Source: a virus
Lineage: Duplodnaviria > Caudoviricetes
Strand: one strand, 5' to 3'
DNA: 64,000 nucleotides
IMG/VR virus record: IMGVR_UViG_3300014205_000022
Span: 2,193 to 66,192 of that record
Below the pieces are notes generated by a model. The model worked only from the letters and a program-made list of their open reading frames with translations, had not been told where the DNA came from and made no database searches. The position numbers and the translations under genes are program-made. This document shows, piece after piece, positions 36,929 to 46,784 of the stretch (the stretch's first letter is position 1; each line of letters opens with the position of its first letter).

Positions 36929-38812
36929 ATGATGACAGAGCATGTTGTCATCGGAACAAAAGACAACTTGTTCACGATCACCGTCATTCCCGAAGATGGA
37001 AAGACGGCCTCAGCTAACCGTGCTTGGCGTAACGACCTAAGTGATGCCAAGTATGCAAGCAAGATTAGCTTCAACACGACGACTTGCTCTATCGGTCCGT
37101 CGAATGCGGCTGCTATCTACAAAGAGTGGTATGATCGCATCAAGTATGCGGATCAACTAGCACAGCTCTTGTTTCTTAAAGCCCTTGGCTCATCCAAGCT
37201 GCAAGAGCGTGTTGTGCGGATTCACGCTGCATGGGCTGAATCACAGGCTGTTCCGACTGACCCTATCGAGGACAACCCAGAGCTTCCACTTGCTCCGTAT
37301 CAGCGCGTTGCAGTATGCGCATCAAGGCTGCTTCCCGGGTACGCCCTGTTCATGGAGCAGGGAACCGGCAAGACTCCAGTCGTCGTGTCACGCATCTGCA
37401 CTGATGCTGTTGCTCTTCGTGCGACAGGTGAATCACGAATGCTGCGAGTGATCGTAGTCGTTCCTAAGAACCTACGATCAAACTGGAAGCGTGAGATCGA
37501 ACGCTTCGCCACTGTGCCGGGCAAAGTTACGATCATGCGCGGCGGCGCAGTTAAGCGAGTGCGTGAACTCGCCGAAGCAATGCGACAGCCTGAAGGTGAA
37601 TACTTCAGCGTAGTCGTAACGTCTTACGGGCTGCTGTGCGAGGCATGGGATAGCGTCCTGTCATTCATTCACTGGGACCTGGGCGTTGTTGATGAAGGCC
37701 ACTGTATCAAATGGCATCAAGCCAAGCGCACGCAGTATGCTCATAAGATGCGTGACTCCTGTGATAAGCGCATGCTGCTCACAGGCACACCTATCGTTAA
37801 CACTGCACTCGACTTGTATTCGCAACTGGAGTTTCTTGAACAAGGTCGGTCCGGTCATACATCTTATCATGGCTTCCGAGAGAAGTATGGTGTGTTCGTT
37901 AAGAACGGCGGTGACGGACGAGACGTTCTTAAGAGTGTGAACAACGTCCCGCTGCTAAAGAAGCGTCTTACCGAGTGTGCATTCATCGTCCGTAAAGACC
38001 AAGTTCTTAAAGACTTGCCAGAGAAACAGTATGACATCATCGAAGTTGAGATGTCTGCTCGTCAGTCGTCTGACTATGATGCGCTTGCCAACCAGTATTA
38101 TCTTGAGATCGAAGAGGACCTCAAAGATGCTGAAGCAGCTGGCAAGCGAGAGATGGTTGTCAACAACGCTATTGTTAAGCTGATGAAGCTTGCGCAGATC
38201 ACCTCTGGATTTCTTATCGTTCCTGAAGAACGAGACGAGACCGGCGATGTAATATCTGAAAAGTCGCTTATTCGCTATGATCCCAACCCTAAGTTGCAAG
38301 CATTGATGGAGTGTGTTGGGCAGCTTGGTGAAAAGGATAAAATGCTCGTATGGACGTGTCATAAGTATGACATCTCTGTAATCTGTGCTGCTCTTAGCGG
38401 CGCGGGTATCGAGCACGTGCAGTATCATGGGACGACGAATGATGCCGACAGAAAGATCGCCGAGGATCGTATCAATTTGGACCCGACGTGCAAGGTGTTC
38501 GTCGGTAATCCTGAAGCTGGCGGAGCGGGCCTTAATCTTCTCGGCTATGTACCTGGTCAAAATGAAGAATTGGGTACTAACGTTTCGTGGATGATCTATT
38601 ATGGGCAAAACCATAAGCCAGTCAGTAGGTGGCAGAGTGAAGACCGCTCTCATCGTCGTGGCACACGTGTACCACTAAGAATCACAGACCTTGTGGTCCC
38701 AGATTCGATTGACGAAGACATTAGGGTACGAGTTGTTGACAAGAAGAAGCATGCGCTTGATGTTCAAGACATCAGGGAGATGCTGCTGAATCTTGTGAAG
38801 AGGCGACAGTAA
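36929..38812 (+). CDS. SNF2-family SF2 helicase
   Basis: MEQGTGKT, VVDEGH, LLTGTP and QSEDRSHRRG. Confidence 0.92.
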   Translation: MMTEHVVIGTKDNLFTITVIPEDGKTASANRAWRNDLSDAKYASKISFNTTTCSIGPSNAAAIYKEWYDRIKYADQLAQLLFLKALGSSKLQERVVRIHAAWAESQAVPTDPIEDNPELPLAPYQRVAVCASRLLPGYALFMEQGTGKTPVVVSRICTDAVALRATGESRMLRVIVVVPKNLRSNWKREIERFATVPGKVTIMRGGAVKRVRELAEAMRQPEGEYFSVVVTSYGLLCEAWDSVLSFIHWDLGVVDEGHCIKWHQAKRTQYAHKMRDSCDKRMLLTGTPIVNTALDLYSQLEFLEQGRSGHTSYHGFREKYGVFVKNGGDGRDVLKSVNNVPLLKKRLTECAFIVRKDQVLKDLPEKQYDIIEVEMSARQSSDYDALANQYYLEIEEDLKDAEAAGKREMVVNNAIVKLMKLAQITSGFLIVPEERDETGDVISEKSLIRYDPNPKLQALMECVGQLGEKDKMLVWTCHKYDISVICAALSGAGIEHVQYHGTTNDADRKIAEDRINLDPTCKVFVGNPEAGGAGLNLLGYVPGQNEELGTNVSWMIYYGQNHKPVSRWQSEDRSHRRGTRVPLRITDLVVPDSIDEDIRVRVVDKKKHALDVQDIREMLLNLVKRRQ

Positions 38813-39123
38813 TGTCACATAAGGTATTCGTACTTGAGCCAGTAAAGTACGACTTGTCGAGTGTCGGTGAATACGGCGACATTCATTACCTGTACGAAGC
38901 GAATGAGCCACGATCATCGGTGTGGACGTCAGCGTTTGTGAATGACTGCTTCAGCAGGCTGAAGAACTTTGACTTCAACTGTGACCGTGATTTCATTCTC
39001 GTAAGTGGTGCGCAAGTGCCGCTTACACTGCTGGTGGCGCATCTCGTTGCGTCTTTCGAAACTGTGAACTTGCTTTTGTTTGATGCTAAGCATAACGAGT
39101 ATGTTCACAAGTCCATCATCTAA
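38812..39123 (+). CDS. Hypothetical protein
   Basis: Coupled ORF in the replication module. Confidence 0.6.
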   Translation: MSHKVFVLEPVKYDLSSVGEYGDIHYLYEANEPRSSVWTSAFVNDCFSRLKNFDFNCDRDFILVSGAQVPLTLLVAHLVASFETVNLLLFDAKHNEYVHKSII

Positions 39124-39137
39124 CAGTAGGTCAACAC

Positions 39138-39746
39138 ATGAAACAGCAATTCATCGACGTCTTTGTCAAGACGCACACAGCGCACCGCGAGATCATCAAC
39201 GCGTGCGTTAACCTTGAGCACGACATTCTCGCGCTCAACGACGTGAATGAACTTGCAGACGCGTGCTATGCATTGCGCGAGGTGTACAATTATCTCGATG
39301 AAGCGCGCAAAGAAGTGCGCCGAATCAACGACCTTGCCGCAAAGATCTTCACGGCCTTTTGGGCTGCCGATCCAAACGTGACAGAGCCATCAGTGAAAAC
39401 TGAATGGTGCACTGTGACACCTAACATTAAGACGCGCGCATCCATTCCTTCGCCGGAGAAGGAACCAGAGCGATATGCCGCCATCATGAACTTGCTTGGG
39501 ATTGATCCTGAGCTGGTTAAGATGGGCGTGCTGCGAGCAGACTACGATTCTCTTGGCGACTGGCTGACTGACCGGCAGCTTGCTGGTATGCCTATCCCAG
39601 AGTTTATCGGTAAGACATGGACGGAGTACAAGGTAACTGTTCGGACCCGCAAAAAGATGCCTACCGGACCGTCCGGTGGCTCGGGCGAGAACAGTGGCTT
39701 GTCAGAGGAGAGTGATGATGACCGGATTGATGAAACCCCCTTCTAG
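39138..39746 (+). CDS. Hypothetical replication-associated protein with acidic DDDRIDETPF tail
   Basis: ORF in the replication module; C-terminus resembles an SSB tip. Confidence 0.55.
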   Translation: MKQQFIDVFVKTHTAHREIINACVNLEHDILALNDVNELADACYALREVYNYLDEARKEVRRINDLAAKIFTAFWAADPNVTEPSVKTEWCTVTPNIKTRASIPSPEKEPERYAAIMNLLGIDPELVKMGVLRADYDSLGDWLTDRQLAGMPIPEFIGKTWTEYKVTVRTRKKMPTGPSGGSGENSGLSEESDDDRIDETPF

Positions 39747-40491
39747 CGACGTGCCAGCGTTCATGTTGACTCCGGAGAATGCCGAAGTCAATAAGATGCT
39801 GAACGAGTACGTCTCGCCGCCCAGGCTGAAGATCATCCAGCCAACGGCGAAAGCGCCGTTGTCGGAGATGTTCGGAATCGGTGACGTGTGCTTGATGCCG
39901 ACGATGACGCCGCTGGCGAAGAAAGGTGTCAAGTTCTCGTTCGTGCCAGTGTTCTTCTTCCCGGAATTTCTGGCATGCAACCCGATGGGCGCCGAGACGT
40001 TCATCCGTGATCGGTCGTTCGACCGTGCGTCGCCGATCGCGAAGAAAGCGCAGGATCCTTCGAAGCGAAGCGAGCCCTGGGACAAGGATCCGTCCAAGAG
40101 CGTCACGTATCAGGAGGTGTTGAGCTTCTTGATCGTGATCGTCGGCCACGAAGAGCTGATGGGAACTGCGTGCGCCGTCGGGTTCGCCCGTTCGGAGTAC
40201 AAGACCGGTCAGCAACTCGCATCGATGATCAAGATGCGTGGCGTTCCGATGTTCGGAACCGTCTGGGACGCGCAGACTAAGACGCGCAACAATGCGTCTG
40301 GTACGTGGCAAGGTTTGGAGATTACCCCGTCTCAAGAGGACAGCGGGTACATCACCGATCAGGCTGTGTTTGAGCAGCTGAAGGAACAGCATCGCTTGTT
40401 CAAGGAGGCTTACGACAACCGAACGATCAGCGTCAACTACGACGACAGTGATGTCGAGAAGCCGGCTGCCGGAGATTCGAAGGAGTTCTAA
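39715..40491 (+). CDS. Putative single-stranded DNA-binding protein
   Basis: PRLKIIQ motif, predicted OB-like beta core, acidic tail ending DSKEF, and high-GC3 codons. Confidence 0.6.
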   Translation: MMTGLMKPPSSDVPAFMLTPENAEVNKMLNEYVSPPRLKIIQPTAKAPLSEMFGIGDVCLMPTMTPLAKKGVKFSFVPVFFFPEFLACNPMGAETFIRDRSFDRASPIAKKAQDPSKRSEPWDKDPSKSVTYQEVLSFLIVIVGHEELMGTACAVGFARSEYKTGQQLASMIKMRGVPMFGTVWDAQTKTRNNASGTWQGLEITPSQEDSGYITDQAVFEQLKEQHRLFKEAYDNRTISVNYDDSDVEKPAAGDSKEF

Positions 40492-40504
40492 GCGTCGGTT
40501 GTTT

Positions 40505-40603
40505 GATAAGAGAGCAAAGTGAGTGCATTCGCATCACCTTGCTCTCTTATCCAGTCAAGTACGCAAACACGCTGGTCATCGAAAGGTGACCAGCGTTCTT
40601 TAA
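40505..40603 (+). terminator. Long hairpin (40505-40551) plus intrinsic terminator (40570-40601)
   Basis: GATAAGAGAGCAA/TTGCTCTCTTATC stem; CGCTGGTCA/TGACCAGCG stem followed by TTCTTT. Confidence 0.65.
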
Positions 40604-40613
40604 TGAGTGCGCA

Positions 40614-43445
40614 ATGACAGTACTTCCGTCAAAGATTAACATTCTTGCGGAGCTTGAAAGGATAGGTGTAAAGTATGAATTCTCTGGCAGTGAAAACGTA
40701 AAATGCCGGTGTCCATTTCACGAAGACAACTCACCAAGTTGTTCGCTTAGTACAGAGAACGGCGACTTTCATTGCTTCGTCTGTAAGAAAGGCGGCGACT
40801 TTCTTGCCTTCTTAAGTCGTGTCATTGATCGTCCGCGAGCACTTGTGTTCGCTGACATGCTTCAGCGATACGACATCAGTGATGAACCTACGGTAGACCC
40901 GACAGTAATTGAAGGCTATCACTCAAAGATTTGGGTAGCCTACCCGCTTCTTAAAGAGCTGTATGCTCGCGGCGTGACAGATGAACTGATTCGCCGATAT
41001 AGGCTGGGCGAAGATGGTGGTCGCATCACGATCCCCATCATGAACCAGTCTGGTCGTGCAGTCAATGTTCGCAAGTATCTTCCTGGGGCCCCCGGCTCCG
41101 AGAAGATGAAGAACCTCAAGGGTCGCGGTAAGCCCAGGCTGTATCCACACGACCAGTTACGCTTTGACAAAATAGCGCTGTGCGGTGGCGAGATGAAAGC
41201 CATCGTGGCTGCCACTCAACTTAACGCGTATGGTATAGGTTGCGTTGCACCAACGTGCGGAGAAGACAACTGGGACAAGTCCTTCAGTGAAGCGCTTAAC
41301 GGCAAAGAAGCTGTATGGATCATTGACGACGTTGACGAGGTCGGTGTTAAAGCCGCCTTGATGAAGGCACGCTTGCTGTTCCCGATTGTTAAGTGGGTCG
41401 GCATTGTCGAGCTTCCTCTGGATAAGACGAAATATCCTAAGGGCGACATCAACGATTTCATCGGTCAAGAACACCAGCAGCTTTATCCTGTTGTTAATGC
41501 GACAGCTCAATGGCAGCCAACGTTCAAGAAGCGATTCGACGAAACAGAACTAGCACAAACAGTAAGTCTAACAGAAGCGTACTCAGCAGAGAACACGACT
41601 AAGCGAATCGCAGTTGAAGGTGTTGTGTCAGCGATCGCCGAGAACACGTACGTTGTTCCATCTAAGATCGCGCCTAAGTGTGATCGTGGCCAAGACTGCT
41701 GCGGCATCTGCCCAGTGTATCTTAGTCGTCAAGAAGACTATGACATTCACAAAGAAGACGGTATCATTCTTGATATCGTTGAGGAGCACACAAGTAATCA
41801 GCGTGAAGCCTTGATGCGTAGTCTTAGCATTCCAAGAGAGTGCCCGACTGTTCAATTTGACATTCTTGAGTACCATCAAGCAGATGATGTGCGCATATCA
41901 CCTAAGCTTGAGATCCTGAATCGTAGTTCTGAACGCGCGCTTCTTCGTCTTGTATGTATGAAAGGCGGGCTGCAGCTTAACGAGAACTACGTGTTCACTG
42001 GGCGGCAGTATCCGCACCCAAGAGACCAGTCGGCGACTTTGCTTGTCAGCGACTTCGAAGCAACTGGCGATGCGCTTTCGCACTATGTAATCAACGACAT
42101 CAATCAGCTTAAGAAGTTCCAGCCTAAGGAGTGGACACTTGAGTCTCTTACCGAAAAACTCAATGGAATTTACGCTGACCTCGAATACAACGTCACCTAC
42201 ATCAGACAGCGACAAGACTTGCATCTTGCAATGGACCTCGTCTGGCATAGCCCACTGTTCCTTACTTTCGATGATCGAGTTGAGAAGGGATATGTCGAGG
42301 CTCTTATTATCGGAGACAGTGCGCAGGGTAAATCAGAAACTGCAAAGAGACTGCTTGAACATTACGGCGCGGGAACTAAAGTTGAATGCAAGAATGCTAC
42401 GGTTGCCGGATTGCTTGGCGGCTTGCAGAAGCTCGGTGGTCGATGGTTCGTATCATGGGGCATCATCCCGACCAACGACAAGCGCCTTGTCATCCTTGAG
42501 GAACTCAAGGGCGCGCCTGTCGAGGTGATCAGTAAGCTAACCGAAATGCGATCGTCCGGCGTCGCTGAAATTCCCAAGATCGAGAAACGCCGAACAACAT
42601 CCAGAACACGGCTGATCGCCCTGTCTAACCCGCGGTCAGATCGGCCGATGTCTAGCTACAGTTTCGGAATCGAGGCGATCAAGGAGCTTATTGGAGCCTT
42701 GGAAGACGTTCGCCGATTCGACCTATGCTACATCGTGTCGCGCGAAGAAGTTGATCCGGAGGTCATCAACACGCCACGATCGAAATGGAAAGCTGTTGAC
42801 CATGTGTATGACAGTGAGTCATGTCGCAATCTGATCTTGTGGTCGTGGACGCGTGACGAACGAAAAGTCGTCTTCGAAGCAGACGCGCAAGAGCACGTGC
42901 TTAAGAGTGCGACGATGCTTAATGAGGTGTTCACCGGCGAGATCCCAGTCGTTGACGTAGCGTCAATGCGCTACAAACTGGCTCGCTTGTCAGCTGCACT
43001 TGCTGCTCGTACCTTCTCGACGAACGATGACGGGTCAATTCTCTTTGTGCGTAAGTGTCATGTTGAGTATGTGTATGCCTTCTTGCTGCGAACATATTCA
43101 TCGGCGATCTTTGGCTACATCGACTACACCAAGTCGATTCGTGACTCAAAGGTCATCAGTGATGAGGATGCGATTCGCAAAGCAATCCGAAATTCGCCGC
43201 ACGCGCATGACTTCGCTGAGAGCTTGTTGTCCACGACACAGTTTGATCATCAGGATGTTCAAGACTGGTGTGGGCTTGATCGGATTGAGGCTACATCGAT
43301 TGTGTCTCTGCTTGTTCGCAAGCGAGCATTACAACGAACGAACAGGATGTATGTAAAGACACCCGGCATGATCAATCTTCTTAAGAAGATGATCGAAGAA
43401 GGTCTTCCACAGATGCCTAAGCACTTAACAGAAGGAGATTTTTGA
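40614..43445 (+). CDS. Primase-helicase fusion (CHC2 Zn finger + Toprim-like + MCM-like AAA+)
   Basis: CPFHEDNSPSC...CFVC; LCGGEMK...DDVD; IIGDSAQGKS; ATVAGLLGG; VILEEL; IALSNP; RRFDL. Confidence 0.85.
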   Translation: MTVLPSKINILAELERIGVKYEFSGSENVKCRCPFHEDNSPSCSLSTENGDFHCFVCKKGGDFLAFLSRVIDRPRALVFADMLQRYDISDEPTVDPTVIEGYHSKIWVAYPLLKELYARGVTDELIRRYRLGEDGGRITIPIMNQSGRAVNVRKYLPGAPGSEKMKNLKGRGKPRLYPHDQLRFDKIALCGGEMKAIVAATQLNAYGIGCVAPTCGEDNWDKSFSEALNGKEAVWIIDDVDEVGVKAALMKARLLFPIVKWVGIVELPLDKTKYPKGDINDFIGQEHQQLYPVVNATAQWQPTFKKRFDETELAQTVSLTEAYSAENTTKRIAVEGVVSAIAENTYVVPSKIAPKCDRGQDCCGICPVYLSRQEDYDIHKEDGIILDIVEEHTSNQREALMRSLSIPRECPTVQFDILEYHQADDVRISPKLEILNRSSERALLRLVCMKGGLQLNENYVFTGRQYPHPRDQSATLLVSDFEATGDALSHYVINDINQLKKFQPKEWTLESLTEKLNGIYADLEYNVTYIRQRQDLHLAMDLVWHSPLFLTFDDRVEKGYVEALIIGDSAQGKSETAKRLLEHYGAGTKVECKNATVAGLLGGLQKLGGRWFVSWGIIPTNDKRLVILEELKGAPVEVISKLTEMRSSGVAEIPKIEKRRTTSRTRLIALSNPRSDRPMSSYSFGIEAIKELIGALEDVRRFDLCYIVSREEVDPEVINTPRSKWKAVDHVYDSESCRNLILWSWTRDERKVVFEADAQEHVLKSATMLNEVFTGEIPVVDVASMRYKLARLSAALAARTFSTNDDGSILFVRKCHVEYVYAFLLRTYSSAIFGYIDYTKSIRDSKVISDEDAIRKAIRNSPHAHDFAESLLSTTQFDHQDVQDWCGLDRIEATSIVSLLVRKRALQRTNRMYVKTPGMINLLKKMIEEGLPQMPKHLTEGDF

Positions 43446-43981
43446 TGTACGTCACTTTGCAGCAAGCCATGTTCATGGTCAGTGATTTCCACGACAAAGT
43501 CGCTGGTCGAGTCATTGAGCCGCTTAAGCCAGAGCTCTTGAACACAGCCACGATCAATGATGCGATCGTTAGTACGGCGGAAGTGGCACACCAATTCCTA
43601 AAAGATTTCAAGGAGAGCGGCAACCCAATTGAACTGCGATCGCATCTCATTCTTGAAGAGACTAGTGAGCTACTTGACGCAATGTCGATCGGTGATGAAT
43701 TGCGCGCTCTTGATGCGCTTGCTGACTTGCTTTATGTTCTTATCGGAACTGCAGTCACGCTTGATCTTCCGCTGCCTGAGGCGTTCGTTGAAGTTCATCG
43801 CAGCAACATGACGAAACAGAAGCAAGCAGACGATCCGGATGCTGCTCGTGTTCGGTCAAAAGGGCCAAACTACAGCCCGCCGGATCTTAAGTCGATTCTT
43901 GACAACTACAGGAGACTGAGAGATGTACCCATGCGCACGATGCAGGAAGAAGCAGGAAACGCTAACACCGGTACAGATTAG
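43442..43981 (+). CDS. MazG-like/PRA-PH nucleotide pyrophosphohydrolase (candidate dCTPase)
   Basis: LILEETSELLDA...DALADLLYV.IG...EVHRSNMTK. Confidence 0.85.
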   Translation: MMYVTLQQAMFMVSDFHDKVAGRVIEPLKPELLNTATINDAIVSTAEVAHQFLKDFKESGNPIELRSHLILEETSELLDAMSIGDELRALDALADLLYVLIGTAVTLDLPLPEAFVEVHRSNMTKQKQADDPDAARVRSKGPNYSPPDLKSILDNYRRLRDVPMRTMQEEAGNANTGTD

Positions 43982-44132
43982 CACGCCCAAGGGTAAGCAG
44001 TCTGTGGAGTTGTGCGAGGCATGCATGAGGCTGTTTAGGACATTATGGAAAACATTCGTCAACAAGAAGTTGCATCAGGATCAGGGCCTGCTACATCAAA
44101 GCCCAGGGCCCTCATCGAACACAGAGAAATAG
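43923..44132 (+). CDS. Possible small Zn-finger protein (overlaps both neighbours)
   Basis: CARC...LCEAC, preceded by GGAG, but with substantial overlaps. Confidence 0.3.
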   Translation: MYPCARCRKKQETLTPVQISTPKGKQSVELCEACMRLFRTLWKTFVNKKLHQDQGLLHQSPGPSSNTEK

Positions 44133-44629
44133 TTGGTCAGCCCGGGTATATGATTGGTAGCGATGGGGTTGTGTGGACGTGTTGGAGACGCTGTAAGCGT
44201 GGGAGGGTATGGAGAGACGCATGCGCTGGCGTATGGACTGTTGTCACTCAACAGTCGCATAGCCGTGGCTATTCGCAAGTCCAACTATATGATGTAAAGC
44301 TACTTACGCACGTAGCTGTGCTTACGGCATTTGTCGGTGCGTGTCCAAGCGGAATGCAGTGTAGGCACTTAAACGGAGTAAGAACAGACAATAGGCTGTG
44401 CAATCTTGTGTGGGGAACGCAGTCAGAAAACGAAATGGATAAGCGAGTCCATGGGACTGCGCAGATCGGATCAAACAATGGCGGGTCTACTCTGACAGAA
44501 GCAGAAGTTGCTGAGATAAAGAGACTAAGTCAGAGAGGTGTTACAATCGAAGTATTAAAGAAAATGTTTAACACATGTCAAGTAAGTAGAATTCTTCAAG
44601 GAAAGACGTGGAGTCATGTCAAAGCCTAA
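44045..44629 (+). CDS. HNH homing endonuclease (NUMOD4/HNH_3-like)
   Basis: HVAVLTAFVG...CRHLNG.RTDNRLCNL.WGT.SEN..D. Confidence 0.88.
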   Translation: MENIRQQEVASGSGPATSKPRALIEHREIVGQPGYMIGSDGVVWTCWRRCKRGRVWRDACAGVWTVVTQQSHSRGYSQVQLYDVKLLTHVAVLTAFVGACPSGMQCRHLNGVRTDNRLCNLVWGTQSENEMDKRVHGTAQIGSNNGGSTLTEAEVAEIKRLSQRGVTIEVLKKMFNTCQVSRILQGKTWSHVKA

Positions 44630-45869
44630 AGCACTAGGCATTCATGTTTTTGCTGGCGGGTTTACACTCGGCCTACAAAAGCACATGGATGTAGATACGC
44701 ACCTTGAAGTTCATGATCTTGGCCACAAGACAGCAACTCAGAAATTAGGTCTTAACGTAATTCGTAGCGAGGCCAAGAACTGGCCAAGCGCTAAGACGTT
44801 CTCTGACTGCATTCTTGCAGCAGGCAATCCACGCTGTACTGCGTTCTCTTGTGTGACAGCTGACCAAGGAAGGTCGATGCATGGGGCATTTGGCGCACAG
44901 ACACGCGATGCCATTGAGTTATGTGAGTATGCAGCTGGAAACTTCGACTTCGTTGTGTGGGAATCAGTTCAGCAAGCGTACTCGGTTGGCAAGCCTTTGC
45001 TTGACCGACTGTACACTGAGTTCTTTAAGCCGAAAGGTTATCGCCTCTGCCATCTGTTCGTCAATTCGGCAAGCTTTGGTAACGTACAGAATCGTCGCAG
45101 GTACTTCTTCGTTGCCTACCGCGATTGCTACAAGTTTAATGTTCAAGCGCCTCCGATGCCGAAGTATAAGCCTGCTCTATGGGATGCACTTGCGCCATTG
45201 ATGAACGAAGAAACTATCGAACAAGAAAAGCCAACGAGCGAGATGACGCCTAACACATCGTCGCACATGCTTAAGGACGACAAGGATCTGGTTGATAAGC
45301 TGCCAAACGGGTGGAACTTGAATACGTTTGGCAAGTTCATGTATGAACACATGTCAGAGCGATACAAGTTTCGCTGGCGGAATCGAAACTCTGAAATGCC
45401 GTTCGGAATGCATGGTATCTTCAGAACGTCGGCCACACGATTCGCACCAACACTGCATTCCGGATCACGCCACCATGTTCATCCTGTCTTCAATCGTTGC
45501 TTTACCGCCGCGGAATTCAGTGCAATCATGGGTTGGCCTTCTGGTCTTATCCCTGCTGGTCATGATGTTGTTGCGCAGCTTGCTAAAGGAATTGTTCCTG
45601 CGGTTGGCCAGTGGATCGCGGAACAGGTAATACTGTCAAGCAACCACCACTGGGGAACAGACGACTGGGAAAGTCAGTATGACTGGAGAACCAACAGGTG
45701 GCTCGGCAAATCAACAGTAGGTCAAGAACAGAAGACATTCAACCTCACCGAGTACTATCCTCACACGCAGGATTGGTCTCGGTTCCCAGAGTGTATCTTG
45801 CGCCCGACTGTGCCTGTGCCTGACCATATTCAGATCAAAGGCGCTCTTGACAATCGCATTCTTTATTAA
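44616..45869 (+). CDS. DNA C5-cytosine methyltransferase-like protein with variant motifs
   Basis: Motif I VFAGGF; motif IV GNPRC (usually GPPC); motif VI WESV (usually ENV); motif VIII QNRRR; motif X QLAKGIVP. Confidence 0.8.
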   Translation: MSKPKALGIHVFAGGFTLGLQKHMDVDTHLEVHDLGHKTATQKLGLNVIRSEAKNWPSAKTFSDCILAAGNPRCTAFSCVTADQGRSMHGAFGAQTRDAIELCEYAAGNFDFVVWESVQQAYSVGKPLLDRLYTEFFKPKGYRLCHLFVNSASFGNVQNRRRYFFVAYRDCYKFNVQAPPMPKYKPALWDALAPLMNEETIEQEKPTSEMTPNTSSHMLKDDKDLVDKLPNGWNLNTFGKFMYEHMSERYKFRWRNRNSEMPFGMHGIFRTSATRFAPTLHSGSRHHVHPVFNRCFTAAEFSAIMGWPSGLIPAGHDVVAQLAKGIVPAVGQWIAEQVILSSNHHWGTDDWESQYDWRTNRWLGKSTVGQEQKTFNLTEYYPHTQDWSRFPECILRPTVPVPDHIQIKGALDNRILY

Positions 45870-45878
45870 GGCATCACA

Positions 45879-46784
45879 ATGACGCTGTTTGTTGGTCTTG
45901 ATTCAATGTGGCATCACTCTGTAAAGTCACTCCTCGCGATCGGTGAGTCGCAAGGCTCGCGTAACGGCGAGACGCTTGAGATCCTCGGGTACATGGGTCA
46001 GTTACGATTCCCAGGTCGTTGCTGGTTGACGAACGAGCGACGATGCTTATCACCATTCATGGCCGCTGCTGAAGCGCTGTGGTATATGTCCGGTGAATCA
46101 GACGTCAAAGCGATGTTGCCATTCGCACCTCAATACATCAAGTATGCTGAAGACGACGGACATGCCAATGGCGCTTATGGTCGTCGCATGTTCCGTCTTG
46201 ACTTCGATCGTCTTGAGGCGGCAGTAAGCGCACTTCGATCTGACCCAGATTCAAGACGTGTTGTTGTTCCCCTGTGGCACGCTGCTGATCTGGTCGATGG
46301 TCACGGGCCGAACGCAAAGCGCGATGTACCTTGCACGATCAGCATTCACTTCATGATTCGTGATTCAGCCTTACACATGTTCGTTCATATGCGATCTCAG
46401 GACGTATGGCTGGGCATGCCATATGATGTATTCTGGAACTGCACGCTGATGCACGTGATTGCTGCAGAGCTAGGCGTCGCCATTGGCACGTACACACACT
46501 ACTGCGACAGCCTCCATCTGTATGACAAGCATCGTGCAGCGGCTGTCGAAGCTGTGCAGCGTTATCCGATGAACTCCGATCTTGTGTGGGCGCCAGTTGG
46601 CCAGACGATCAAGGGTATGCGTGAGGCTGGTGAGAAGTTTGTCAAGCCGGCATGCATGCGGTATGGATGCGGGCTGATCGCCGATGAGCTGTTAAGAGTC
46701 ACTGAAGCGTTCGTGATCGACTTACCGATCGACAATCGTGTTCTTAAGCAAGCAGCGTTACTTTACACGGAGAAGAAGCGATGA
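45879..46784 (+). CDS. Thymidylate-synthase-fold dCMP-modifying enzyme (hydroxymethylase-like)
   Basis: SRRVV, DVPCT (catalytic Cys) and MRSQDVWLGMPYD, with Asp at the position where dUMP-specific ThyA has Asn; DSLHLY. Confidence 0.82.
   Translation: MTLFVGLDSMWHHSVKSLLAIGESQGSRNGETLEILGYMGQLRFPGRCWLTNERRCLSPFMAAAEALWYMSGESDVKAMLPFAPQYIKYAEDDGHANGAYGRRMFRLDFDRLEAAVSALRSDPDSRRVVVPLWHAADLVDGHGPNAKRDVPCTISIHFMIRDSALHMFVHMRSQDVWLGMPYDVFWNCTLMHVIAAELGVAIGTYTHYCDSLHLYDKHRAAAVEAVQRYPMNSDLVWAPVGQTIKGMREAGEKFVKPACMRYGCGLIADELLRVTEAFVIDLPIDNRVLKQAALLYTEKKR

Noticed and set aside
37360-37375. GTG-containing peptides in non-structural proteins as further tag copies (SNF2 GTGKT, AAA VGTGA, AVGTGK, VGTGQ)
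   Set aside because: None is GTGS, and the SNF2 instance is a Walker A motif.
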